A stretch of DNA of 64,000 nt from a virus (taxonomy: Duplodnaviria; Heunggongvirae; Uroviricota; Caudoviricetes), in the IMG/VR virus record IMGVR_UViG_3300037312_000757; one strand, 5' to 3'. Positions 19,054-27,170 of this stretch are shown in pieces. The number at the start of each line of letters is the position of its first letter. Positions within the stretch are counted from its first letter, which is position 1. The translations under genes and the position numbers were made by a program. Below the pieces are notes generated by a model that did not search any database, was not told the DNA's origin, and worked only from the letters and a program-made list of their open reading frames with translations.

Positions 19054-19211
19054 TCGCGGAAATCTTCAAATGTAGAAAACCAACCCATGAACGTTTCGAC
19101 TTCATCGTTGGAGATACCATTATCACCGGACGCAGCAACGTCAGCTTGCACACCGGCAACGCGATTAGCGATATACTCGAAAGCACGGGCTTGGATTTGC
19201 TTTTGGTTCAT
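18963..19211 (-). CDS. hypothetical protein
   Basis: AGGAG RBS. Confidence 0.65.
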   Translation of the reverse strand: MNQKQIQARAFEYIANRVAGVQADVAASGDNGISNDEVETFMGWFSTFEDFRDWVINESNWDRETCVHASQIHDFIIKVLHC

Positions 19212-19213
19212 GG

Positions 19214-19420
19214 TTATTCTCCTTGCTTGACGATGACGTCTTTGTACAATTCAATCACAGAAACAGTCTGATCGAAATCCCCATCGTACGGATCTCGTTT
19301 AGTTTCGACACCAGCATCGAGGATCACATCAAACAGATTGCCGTTGCCATCCTTGATCATGATCTCTTTGTCAAGGTAGCAGTTGCTTTGGATCAGATCG
19401 ATCAGTTCTTGTCCCGTCAT
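19214..19420 (-). CDS. hypothetical protein
   Basis: AGGAG RBS. Confidence 0.65.
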   Translation of the reverse strand: MTGQELIDLIQSNCYLDKEIMIKDGNGNLFDVILDAGVETKRDPYDGDFDQTVSVIELYKDVIVKQGE

Positions 19421-19535
19421 GTTTAGCTCCTAATGTTTACCATGTTTCATATGGTACTATAATTAGGCGATATTAGCAAGCATTTGAAAATAAAAAGGGC
19501 GCACATGGCGCCCTTTTACCAGCTTACTGCTTTGT

Positions 19536-19832
19536 TTAGCTGTACGTGCTTTCGTATGCGATTTCGCCGACCACGTTGCGTGCTTCTTCTTCGGTCTTGA
19601 ACGGACCGCGCCATTCACCACCACGGCTACCCGAAAACTTGCCGTAGTAACCAGGCTTGCTGGTGTACGTTTCCAGCGTCTCGAACGGGAACATACTCTC
19701 GACTGCTTCTTGCGTCTGGCCGCATAGCAACCAGCTATCGCGCAGTTTTTGCATGCGTTTGTTGTTGGAATTGACATCCGTCTTCTTCATGTCCGACGAG
19801 TGCTTGATCGTGATCGTGGGCATCTTCTTCAT
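19536..19832 (-). CDS. hypothetical protein
   Basis: AGGAG RBS, palindromic promoter ~19855. Confidence 0.65.
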   Translation of the reverse strand: MKKMPTITIKHSSDMKKTDVNSNNKRMQKLRDSWLLCGQTQEAVESMFPFETLETYTSKPGYYGKFSGSRGGEWRGPFKTEEEARNVVGEIAYESTYS

Positions 19833-19899
19833 CTTGCAGCTCCTTTGTGGTTTACCATGTTCAGATAATACATTCGCCTGAACATGGCTGCAAGCGTTT

Positions 19900-20286
19900 T
19901 TAGAACACGGTCGCAAGTGCGACACGACGGAGCTCATCACGGTCTGCTTGGAACAACGAAGCCGTAACGGGGCGGGTGGAAGGCCATGCGTACATAGTCG
20001 GCTCCGTCTTCATAAGTGAATACGGAATCGAGTACACATAATTCCACTGATTGTTGATGGTGTCCCACACGTGAACACGAGCGTGACACTGAAATGCGTT
20101 GGAGTCAGAGCTGATGTCATACTTCAGCTTTTGCACACGACCATCATTGTGCGTGTAGATTTCAATCTGGTTGAAATCCACGGTTTGCCGGCCTTTCGAA
20201 AGGGTGGTAGTTATCGGTTCAATCTTGGCGATTTTTGCATTGTCCATCATCATCGCCATTTTAATTAGTGACGTCGTGCGTGCCAT
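19900..20286 (-). CDS. hypothetical protein
   Basis: AGGAG RBS, palindromic promoter. Confidence 0.7.
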   Translation of the reverse strand: MARTTSLIKMAMMMDNAKIAKIEPITTTLSKGRQTVDFNQIEIYTHNDGRVQKLKYDISSDSNAFQCHARVHVWDTINNQWNYVYSIPYSLMKTEPTMYAWPSTRPVTASLFQADRDELRRVALATVF

Positions 20287-20311
20287 TTGATATCTCCTGT
20301 TGTTTACCGTG

Positions 20312-20345
20312 TTCAAATGATACATTCATTTGAATGTGGTTGCAA
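20312..20345 (-). promoter_or_regulatory. sigma70-like promoter with palindrome
   Basis: TTGCAA-N17-TATCAT; TTCAAATGA-N5-TCATTTGAA. Confidence 0.75.
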
Positions 20346-20351
20346 GAGATT

Positions 20352-20615
20352 TTAGATAGGCATCAACTCCACATTGTAGGCCGTAAGCGGTCTATTGGGT
20401 TTCCCGTCGGATCGCATAGGCTGTACCTTTGACGTCTGCGTCCAAAATGCATGCGCGGCCGTGGTCGATTCAAATGTCATTGCTTCTTTCACGTCAGTAG
20501 TGGTTGTGAGAAACCCTCGTCCCTTATGCGCGTCTGGGTCAAAGGTCTTGACAAATGTACCATCTACGCTTGTTCTATGCCCTGTAGCGTCGCCTACAAT
20601 ACGAATAACTATCAT
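20352..20615 (-). CDS. hypothetical protein
   Basis: GAGGGGG RBS. Confidence 0.6.
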   Translation of the reverse strand: MIVIRIVGDATGHRTSVDGTFVKTFDPDAHKGRGFLTTTTDVKEAMTFESTTAAHAFWTQTSKVQPMRSDGKPNRPLTAYNVELMPI

Positions 20616-20626
20616 TTGAATCCCCC

Positions 20627-21613
20627 TCATGGTCGCATACGAACACGATAGTCTTTTACAATCACGCCATGTTCTGATGTGCTGCGCATATGCGAGTGCC
20701 ACCAGAATATGCCTGACTTGCGTCGCTTGAAATGTCCAATAACAGAATGCAGCCTCGGCGGGCTTTTGAGCCACTGTTGAATAGCTGCTGCGCGCCTACC
20801 TCTACCGGACGGTATATCACGAATGCCGCCGAGAAATATATCAAGAACCTTGTACTCGAAAAAGGGCACTCTGCCGGCTTTACGGCGCTTTTTATTCAGT
20901 TTCTCGGAAGGCCGGACTGAAACCTCTTTTACGTTGCGGGCATTGAGCGCTAGTAACGCTGCTATCGTGACCGTTACTTCTTCATGACAGTCACGAGCCA
21001 AGGTATTAATATCAATACCTTGTTCCCTGTGGTCTCTAATAGAGTCAGGTAACAATGGTATAAAAGCTGTTTTGAACGATGAGCGTTCCCGCCCCTCAAG
21101 TATTACTGGTGTAATCTCGTTGTTACGTGGTACCCAAATCCCAATAGGTGAAGGCACCCAAATATCAACGTGATCATAATATGATATTGGTTGAAGCAGA
21201 ACGCCGTCAGTTGAATCGTCACCTGTTATCTGTTTTACTATCGGCTCAAGTACGTCAAGCGCTTCGCCGTCAGTAACAACAATCAATCGCTTGGACGAAG
21301 GTGATATTGTAGACGTACTGCTTCGCGTCCCATAAAATTCATCTGCGTTCGCTATAACCTTTTCGTCTATGGTGTTCACGGTTTCATACTCAAACACCAT
21401 GACTGGGTACGGGCACTTGGTGAGCTTGAACAGCTCAGCATCAATATGACTTACACCGACGCGTCCGTGCATGGGTAACAGAAACTTGACCCCGTAACGA
21501 AGTTGGTCGATGAGCAATTCGACCCCGAACGCATCACGCCGCGAATCAGGTTTCTTCGCGTAGGCTTTCTGCAGACGTTCCAACAACTCAATGGCTTCTG
21601 AAACGAAGTTCAT
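20627..21613 (-). CDS. hypothetical protein, R-x-H-x-V-x-G-H family (paralog of 33627-34643)
   Basis: C-terminal RLHSVIGHF..WW..H.R...G.I...Y.V. Confidence 0.75.
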   Translation of the reverse strand: MNFVSEAIELLERLQKAYAKKPDSRRDAFGVELLIDQLRYGVKFLLPMHGRVGVSHIDAELFKLTKCPYPVMVFEYETVNTIDEKVIANADEFYGTRSSTSTISPSSKRLIVVTDGEALDVLEPIVKQITGDDSTDGVLLQPISYYDHVDIWVPSPIGIWVPRNNEITPVILEGRERSSFKTAFIPLLPDSIRDHREQGIDINTLARDCHEEVTVTIAALLALNARNVKEVSVRPSEKLNKKRRKAGRVPFFEYKVLDIFLGGIRDIPSGRGRRAAAIQQWLKSPPRLHSVIGHFKRRKSGIFWWHSHMRSTSEHGVIVKDYRVRMRP

Positions 21614-21674
21614 TTGAAGCGCTCATATAATTGTCGTCAGTGTATGGTACAATCATATGAATACTACCGCAAGC

Positions 21675-21899
21675 TTAAACGCTTTCGGTCACAATCAAAG
21701 TGCGGGGAGGAAAACGAAGCGGTTGCTTGGAATCGTCGCAGTAGACTTTGCCGTTCTCGACGCGAGTAACGGTAATGATCTTGATGAGATGCAGGTCAGC
21801 ATGTCCGCCGCTGTATCCCTTCGCCAGCTTCGCGCCGACTTTGATCTCACGACCCAGCATGTCGATTGCATCCTTGCAATCTGCGCTAATGACGTTCAT
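21675..21899 (-). CDS. hypothetical protein
   Basis: AGGAG RBS, promoter. Confidence 0.65.
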   Translation of the reverse strand: MNVISADCKDAIDMLGREIKVGAKLAKGYSGGHADLHLIKIITVTRVENGKVYCDDSKQPLRFPPRTLIVTESV

Positions 21900-21982
21900 T
21901 TGCTTCTCCTGTTTGTTGTTCACCATGTATCACATGATACATTCATATGGTAAAAATACAAGAGACCCAATGAAGTAAAAGA

Positions 21983-22058
21983 TGGTCTGGGTGGTGGGGA
22001 TCGAACCCACGGCCTCCGCGTTCCGAACACGGCCGTCTACCGCTGACATTACACCCAG
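21983..22058 (-). tRNA. tRNA-Pro(CGG)
   Basis: Loop TTCGGAA. Confidence 0.9.
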
Positions 22059-22066
22059 ATAGAAGT

Positions 22067-22144
22067 TGGTAGGATAGGTCGGACTCGAACCGACAATCGA
22101 CTTATTTTGAGTAAGCCAGGTATTCCAATTCCCTTCACTATCCC
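22067..22144 (-). tRNA. tRNA-Leu(CAA), short variable loop
   Basis: Loop CTCAAAA, A73, 5-nt variable region. Confidence 0.85.
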
Positions 22145-22149
22145 ATTGT

Positions 22150-22225
22150 TGGTCACCCCTGACAGACTTGAACTGTCGCTCCATGATCCCAAATCACGTG
22201 TGCTTGCCGCTAACACTAAGGGGAG
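22150..22225 (-). tRNA. tRNA-Pro(TGG)
   Basis: Loop TTTGGGA. Confidence 0.85.
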
Positions 22226-22262
22226 ATATGACGATGAGCCTAAAGGCTCATGTAAAGAAAGA

Positions 22263-22350
22263 TGGTGCCCAAGAGGGGACTCGAACCCCTACGCCCTAAA
22301 CGGGCCACGGACTCTCAATCCGTGATGTCTACCAATTCCAACACCTGGGC
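22263..22350 (-). tRNA. tRNA-Leu(GAG)
   Basis: Loop TTGAGAG, long variable arm. Confidence 0.9.
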
Positions 22351-22401
22351 AAAACAAAAGAGCCACAGGACATGGCTCTCTTTTAAAACTTGTACTGCTA
22401 C

Positions 22402-22656
22402 TTACTGCGGAACACGCTGCACATGGAACGTGCGCAACACTTTGTTGGGACCGCACGCCATGACAACTTTAAAAATTGCTTGCTGCTTAGTACGCGTATT
22501 GCGGAAGTAGCCAAAACCACATTCAACAATAGTACCGGTGACAGTAACGCGATTTGCACGACTAGATTCAGACAGCTTGATGGTGAACTGCTGTCCAACA
22601 GCTTGGGCACCAATCCGGTTCGCCTTCTCCATCAGTGCTTGATCCGCTGCGTTCAT
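22402..22656 (-). CDS. hypothetical protein
   Basis: GGAG RBS, palindromic promoter. Confidence 0.65.
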   Translation of the reverse strand: MNAADQALMEKANRIGAQAVGQQFTIKLSESSRANRVTVTGTIVECGFGYFRNTRTKQQAIFKVVMACGPNKVLRTFHVQRVPQ

Positions 22657-22675
22657 CGTCTGCTCCGTTTGTTTA

Positions 22676-22714
22676 CCATGTTCAAATGATACATTCACTT
22701 GAACATGGTTGCAA
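22676..22714 (-). promoter_or_regulatory. sigma70-like promoter with long palindrome
   Basis: TTGCAA-N17-TATCAT; CCATGTTCAA..TTGAACATGG. Confidence 0.8.
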
Positions 22715-22720
22715 GAGCTC

Positions 22721-23230
22721 TTAACTATCCAGCACTTTGTTCAACGCAGCAACACGTTCATGCAGGAAGTCGCGTTCGATAACTCGGCTGTCGTATGACA
22801 GTGGGCGTTTGCCCGCTTTGATTGCTTCGATGCGAGCTTGTGCCCTGCGAATCTCTGCTTCCAGCTTTGCTATCTCGTCTGCATCCTCTTTGTCGCACTT
22901 TGCGAATGCTTCGTCGAACTTCTTCTGCAGATACTTGCGGATACCTGCTTCATTGGTTGTCAAGTTTCCGTAGAAACGAGTTCCGTTGCTAATGTCACCC
23001 CACTTACGTCCATCGCGTTGACCGTACAGTTTGCGCTGTTGTTCGTAGTCAAGGCTGAGACGTTTGCTAACGTCAAGCCCAGGGGCAGTGGTGAAGCAAT
23101 AGTCGTCGGCGCTCGTGACAACTTCTTTCTTGAAGAATTGCAGAGTCTGCTTGTAGTGATAGATGTTGTCCCACAGGTCGATGGATTCGAAATTGATCAC
23201 CACATCGCCTACGTTGAACTTGCGCGTCAT
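22721..23230 (-). CDS. hypothetical protein
   Basis: AGGAG RBS. Confidence 0.7.
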   Translation of the reverse strand: MTRKFNVGDVVINFESIDLWDNIYHYKQTLQFFKKEVVTSADDYCFTTAPGLDVSKRLSLDYEQQRKLYGQRDGRKWGDISNGTRFYGNLTTNEAGIRKYLQKKFDEAFAKCDKEDADEIAKLEAEIRRAQARIEAIKAGKRPLSYDSRVIERDFLHERVAALNKVLDS

Positions 23231-23294
23231 GTTGTTCTCCTTGTTTACCATACTCACATGATAAGTTCATATGAACTTGGTAGCAAGGTTTATT

Positions 23295-23380
23295 TGGTAC
23301 CCTGGGAGGGATTTGAACCCTCACGCCTAAAAGGCCACGCGTTCTGAGCACGTGATGTCTACCGGTTCCAACACCAGGGC
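23295..23380 (-). tRNA. tRNA-Leu(CAG)
   Basis: Loop CTCAGAA, long variable arm. Confidence 0.9.
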
Positions 23381-23387
23381 ATTAAAA

Positions 23388-23510
23388 CTATTTTGCGAAT
23401 CGCCAGCCTACACACCACAGGTCAAGTCGCACAAACCATGTTCCGTTGTGTTTGCCGAAACCAAATCGGAGCATACGGTTGTCTTTGTCAAGAGATATTT
23501 TTGTTATCAT
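23388..23510 (-). CDS. small hypothetical protein (40 aa)
   Basis: MITKISLDKDNRMLRFGFGKHNGTWFVRLDLWCVGWRFAK fills inter-tRNA gap. Confidence 0.5.
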   Translation of the reverse strand: MITKISLDKDNRMLRFGFGKHNGTWFVRLDLWCVGWRFAK

Positions 23511-23518
23511 TTTGTTAA

Positions 23519-23596
23519 TGGTGGGTAAGGTGGGATTCGAACCCACAGGCGACTGCTTCTGAGGCAATCAGGTATTCCAATTCCCTTCACTTACCC
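23519..23596 (-). tRNA. tRNA-Leu(CAG), short variable loop
   Basis: Loop CTCAGAA, A73. Confidence 0.85.
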
Positions 23597-23601
23597 GCTA
23601 A

Positions 23602-23678
23602 TGGTGGACCCCAAGGGAATCAAACCCTTCACAGACGCATTGCAAGTGCATCTCGCCACTCTTGGTACATGGGAGCCC
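23602..23678 (-). tRNA. tRNA-Ala(TGC)
   Basis: Loop CTTGCAA, G3:U70. Confidence 0.85.
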
Positions 23679-23686
23679 ATAAAACT

Positions 23687-23763
23687 TGGTCGGGATTGCA
23701 GGACTCGAACCTGCAGCCTCCGGTTTCCAGAACCGGCCGTCTACCAATTGACATTAAACCCCG
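23687..23763 (-). tRNA. tRNA-Pro(TGG), C33
   Basis: Loop TCTGGAA. Confidence 0.85.
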
Positions 23764-23772
23764 AATAAAACT

Positions 23773-23900
23773 TGGTGAGTTTGGGTGGATTCGAACCATC
23801 CTGAGCGCTTTCGTATCGCCTCTTACCATGACATTTCCCCGTGCCTGGACACACCATAAAGATGCAAGCGGGAGTCGAACCTGCTTATGCCTCAAACTCA
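23773..23900 (-). ncRNA. tRNA-like RNA with two T-loop hairpins
   Basis: Acceptor GAGTTTG/CAAACTC-A-CCA; TTCGACT and TTCGAAT hairpins. Confidence 0.75.
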
Positions 23901-23906
23901 TATCAG

Positions 23907-23984
23907 TGGTCGGTGTGGTGGGATTCGAACCCACAAGCATTTGGCTCTCGACCAAATAGGTATACCAATTCCCTTCACACACCG
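23907..23984 (-). tRNA. tRNA-Leu(GAG), short variable loop, C33
   Basis: Loop TCGAGAG, A73. Confidence 0.8.
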
Positions 23985-23992
23985 ATAAAACT

Positions 23993-24092
23993 TGGTGGAT
24001 ACGACGGGGTATTCTCCCGCACATGGGCCCCGCAGGGGCAGGCGCATATTTTGCCCGAGCCGATGTAGTTTTCAGGACTCCCTAACATACCC
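23993..24092 (-). ncRNA. tRNA-like RNA with non-canonical T loop
   Basis: Acceptor GGGTATG/CGTATCC-A-CCA; GCGGG-AGAATAC-CCCGT. Confidence 0.65.
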
Positions 24093-24100
24093 ATAAAACT

Positions 24101-24174
24101 TGGTACCCCAGCAAGGAATCGAACCTTGGTATGCGCCGTGTAAGGACGCCGTTCTACCATTGAACTACAGGGGT
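24101..24174 (-). tRNA. tRNA-Val(TAC)
   Basis: Loop CTTACAC. Confidence 0.9.
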
Positions 24175-24184
24175 GTTGAAAAAG

Positions 24185-24262
24185 TGGAGCGGGTAGGGAG
24201 AGTCGAACTCCGCGATCTTCAGCTTGGAAGGCTGCTGGACGCCCCTTGTCCTGTCTACCCGC
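24185..24262 (-). tRNA. tRNA-Gly(TCC), atypical D arm
   Basis: Loop CTTCCAA, U73. Confidence 0.8.
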
Positions 24263-24271
24263 ATTGAAACT

Positions 24272-24345
24272 TGGTGGGGGCGCTAGGGATTGAACCTAGA
24301 CCTGCTGAGTCAGAGTCAGCCACGCTGCCATTACGCCACGCCCCT
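24272..24345 (-). tRNA. tRNA-Gln(CTG)
   Basis: Loop CTCTGAC, 1:72 mismatch. Confidence 0.9.
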
Positions 24346-24354
24346 ATTAAAACA

Positions 24355-24475
24355 TGGTGCCTAGAACTGGGATCGAACCAGTGTCCTCGAAACAAACCAA
24401 GAACCACCGCGAGACGCAGGTGCGTACACCTGTACGGGTTCAGGATTTCGTGCTCTACCTCTGAGTTACCTAGGC
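24355..24475 (-). ncRNA. tRNA with ~53-nt anticodon loop
   Basis: Normal acceptor, D and T arms; stem CGAAA/TTTCG encloses long insert. Confidence 0.75.
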
Positions 24476-24482
24476 AAGGTAT

Positions 24483-24559
24483 TGGTGCCGCCCCGCGGAT
24501 TCGAACCGCGCTCTCCGGATTTTCAGTCCAGCGCTTTCACCAAGATTAGCTTGAGCGGC
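24483..24559 (-). tRNA. tRNA-Phe(GAA)
   Basis: Loop CTGAAAA. Confidence 0.9.
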
Positions 24560-24621
24560 ATTAAATTCTGTTTCCGGTTACGGGTTCCGGATGCTGCCCT
24601 ATCATTACAGCCGGTTTAAAA

Positions 24622-24696
24622 TGGTAGGTCGTAAGGGAGTCGAACCCCTGTCATCGCGTTCGTAGCACGATATTCTTTCCGTTGAACTAACGACCC
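24622..24696 (-). tRNA. tRNA-Arg(ACG)
   Basis: Loop CTACGAA. Confidence 0.9.
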
Positions 24697-24702
24697 ATTA
24701 AC

Positions 24703-24775
24703 TGGACCCACGTGGTGGAGTTGAACCACCGTAATTCGGCTTCGTAGACCAAACACCAGCTCCGCTGGACGTGAG
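24703..24775 (-). tRNA. tRNA-Arg(ACG), shortened D arm
   Basis: Loop CTACGAA; CCAGC-GGA-GCTGG D region. Confidence 0.7.
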
Positions 24776-24785
24776 ATTAAAAACT

Positions 24786-24861
24786 TGGGGTGACTAGTGG
24801 GAATCGAACCCACATCTCCGGATTCACAGTCCAGAACTCTAACCATTGAGCTATAGCCACC
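24786..24861 (-). tRNA. tRNA-His(GTG)
   Basis: Loop CTGTGAA, G-1/C73. Confidence 0.92.
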
Positions 24862-24883
24862 ATCGACTAAACAACCTTGAAAC

Positions 24884-25001
24884 TGGAGTGGGCGCCGGGA
24901 TTCGAACCCGGGTCTCGTCCTTGGAATGGAAGAATGATTGCTGAACGTTTCCTTGTCAGGAAAGCTTTTCTTACGCGTGCTAACCACTACACCACGCCCA
25001 C
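24884..25001 (-). ncRNA. CCA-ending tRNA body with CAGCAA handle hairpin replacing the anticodon
   Basis: GTGGGCG/CGCCCAC-T-CCA; insert GCTTTCC-TGACAA-GGAAACGTTCAGCAA. Confidence 0.8.
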
Positions 25002-25019
25002 ATTTAAAACTAAAATCAC

Positions 25020-25094
25020 TGGGGTGAGTTGGAGAATCGAACTCCAGTCGCCTGGTTCACAGCCAAGCATTCTAACCACTGAACTAATCTCACC
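25020..25094 (-). tRNA. tRNA-His(GTG)
   Basis: Loop CTGTGAA. Confidence 0.9.
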
Positions 25095-25104
25095 ATTGAA
25101 ACCG

Positions 25105-25434
25105 TTACAGCTTGTCAGGATATTGCGCATCGATATGATCGATGTACGCAAGCGGACTCATACCTGGTTCAAGGTCATGAACCTTGCTGAACCCGTTTTC
25201 CTTCGTGACAAGTGCATCCTCAGGCTTGACTGCACCAGCATACTTTCTGAAACCAGGCTTGTTCATCAACTTGCCTGTTGCTGGGTCAATCGACCCCCAA
25301 TCCGTCCAGTCAGTTTTGCTCTGACCGTCAATCGGTTCTACGAAATACGACTTACCAGTACGTTGACTTGTTACAATGAAGCGTCCGGTTTCGTCTGTAT
25401 TTGTGAGAAACCGTTTGCGTAGGTCGGGGTCCAT
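25105..25434 (-). CDS. hypothetical protein
   Basis: AAGGA RBS. Confidence 0.7.
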   Translation of the reverse strand: MDPDLRKRFLTNTDETGRFIVTSQRTGKSYFVEPIDGQSKTDWTDWGSIDPATGKLMNKPGFRKYAGAVKPEDALVTKENGFSKVHDLEPGMSPLAYIDHIDAQYPDKL

Positions 25435-25461
25435 ATTGGAATCCTTCTTGTTAGAGTTAAT

Positions 25462-25536
25462 TGGTGCCCTCGAGGTGAATTGAACACCTGTATCCGACAT
25501 ACCAAGTCGGCGTAATTGCCACTATACGACAAGGGC
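25462..25536 (-). tRNA. tRNA-Thr(GGT)
   Basis: Loop TTGGTAT. Confidence 0.88.
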
Positions 25537-25541
25537 GTTTC

Positions 25542-25952
25542 TTATTTCCAAGGAGTTGGTGGAGGAACAACAGCATTTTCTGGGGCTGGAACTCCAACAC
25601 TACCAAAGTCTGCTGGTGAACAAATCTCCAGGTACTCCATGTCAGGCGAGTAATCATACAAATAATGCACTAGCCCGGGAACTTGATGCACAACATCGCC
25701 TGCTTCAACAAGCGTAATTGTGTCGCCATACATGAACTTGGCCCAGCCTTTGTTCATGATGACAATTTGAAAATCTAAAACATGCTGATGCCAACCAGTA
25801 CCTTCTGTAGGTGGTTTGTTGGCTTTCACCAAGTGCGCAATAACCTTACCGTCAGTTGCGTCCTTGATACCTAAATCCTTGTACAGGAAAAAATCACGCA
25901 GTCCGTCACCTTTCCATTCAGTGTCGGCTGGTTTTACATGCGAAAATTTCAT
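25542..25952 (-). CDS. cupin-domain protein
   Basis: GWHQH..FQIVIM.KGW..F and H-x-L cupin motifs. Confidence 0.8.
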   Translation of the reverse strand: MKFSHVKPADTEWKGDGLRDFFLYKDLGIKDATDGKVIAHLVKANKPPTEGTGWHQHVLDFQIVIMNKGWAKFMYGDTITLVEAGDVVHQVPGLVHYLYDYSPDMEYLEICSPADFGSVGVPAPENAVVPPPTPWK

Positions 25953-26012
25953 GAGTTCTAACCTCAAAAAGTTAAATTATCATTATAAACTTCTTGGTTA
26001 GAACTACAATAT

Positions 26013-26087
26013 TGGCGCACCCTACAGGAATCGAACCTGTATCCAACTCTTAGGAGGAGCTGATTCTATCCGTTGAACTAAGGGCGC
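26013..26087 (-). tRNA. tRNA-Arg(CCT)
   Basis: Loop CTCCTAA. Confidence 0.9.
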
Positions 26088-26093
26088 GGCAGC

Positions 26094-26444
26094 TCAAACA
26101 ATCACTTGTTCAAGTTTATTCCACACATCATCGTACAATACGTAAAGCTTGCTTCCATCTACTTCGATTGGAATCGCTTTACTACCAAGACCAGCCATCC
26201 CCGCAACCTCACCAGGTATGACCATACGCCCTGTCACTTTGATGATGGCCGGCGCACGAATGATCCTGATAACATTGTCGATCACGTTACCATCAGCATC
26301 TTTTTTACACGCTGGGTGGTAGATTCCCACTCGTACTTGAATATCTTTCTTGGTCTTCCAGACCGTACCTTTCTTCAGTAATGAACGAATACTACCGGTC
26401 ATGATAAACCTCAAAGGAAAATCATATGATACGGTAGCATTCAT
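26094..26444 (-). CDS. hypothetical protein (start uncertain)
   Basis: ORF between tRNAs. Confidence 0.6.
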   Translation of the reverse strand: MNATVSYDFPLRFIMTGSIRSLLKKGTVWKTKKDIQVRVGIYHPACKKDADGNVIDNVIRIIRAPAIIKVTGRMVIPGEVAGMAGLGSKAIPIEVDGSKLYVLYDDVWNKLEQVIV

Positions 26445-26461
26445 TTAATGTCAAACAAAAC

Positions 26462-26536
26462 TGGTACCCGAAGTTGGAATCGAACCAACGACCTACGCGA
26501 TGTCAACGCGTTGCACTACCGCTGTGCTATCCGGGT
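26462..26536 (-). tRNA. tRNA-Val(GAC)
   Basis: Loop TTGACAT. Confidence 0.9.
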
Positions 26537-26543
26537 GTTGAAA

Positions 26544-26620
26544 CTGGAGCGTCATGAGAGGATCGAACTCCCGACCTGCTGGTTCGTAGCCAACTGCTCT
26601 GTCCACTGAGCTAATGACGC
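26544..26620 (-). tRNA. tRNA-Arg(ACG)
   Basis: Loop CTACGAA. Confidence 0.9.
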
Positions 26621-26628
26621 ATAAATCT

Positions 26629-26703
26629 TGGCATCTCGTATGGGAGTCGAACCCATCTCTGCAGATTGAAAGTCTACTGACCTAACCGATAGTCGAACGA
26701 GAT
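26629..26703 (-). tRNA. tRNA-Glu(TTC)
   Basis: Loop CTTTCAA. Confidence 0.9.
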
Positions 26704-26710
26704 ATAAAAC

Positions 26711-26785
26711 TGGAGTGCCATACGGGAGTTGAACCCGTCTTCCCACCTTGAAAGGGTGGTGTCCTAACCGATAGACGAATGACAC
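26711..26785 (-). tRNA. tRNA-Glu(TTC)
   Basis: Loop CTTTCAA. Confidence 0.9.
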
Positions 26786-26794
26786 ATAAAAATC

Positions 26795-26869
26795 TGGAGC
26801 CCCATGTGAGAATCGAACTCACATTTCTGGATTACGAAACCAGTGTTCTAGCCATTAAACTAAAGGGGC
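26795..26869 (-). tRNA. tRNA-Thr(CGT)
   Basis: Loop TTCGTAA, 31:39 mismatch. Confidence 0.75.
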
Positions 26870-26874
26870 AATTA

Positions 26875-27129
26875 TTACATATCAAAAAGAATATGACTCA
26901 CAAATGCGACAAGTTGTCCTTGTTGCAAGCCAGATCCTAATTTGTGACCAAAAACTGCTGAAAGATTCTTTATGGTTCCAGTTGTACTGCCAACCTGGAC
27001 TATACCATTATTTTGTGAAGCTTGCTGCAAATCGCTAAACACTTGGTCAATGCTAACCTGTTGTGTTGCGATTAACTCAAAGTGATTTCCTTGTTGCTGC
27101 GTTACTACGTTGGATGGAACTTGATACAT
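26875..27129 (-). CDS. hypothetical protein (Q-rich)
   Basis: AGGAG RBS. Confidence 0.65.
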   Translation of the reverse strand: MYQVPSNVVTQQQGNHFELIATQQVSIDQVFSDLQQASQNNGIVQVGSTTGTIKNLSAVFGHKLGSGLQQGQLVAFVSHILFDM

Positions 27130-27170
27130 AATTATCTCCTTTTGTGGAGATAATATACCAACCACCAATG

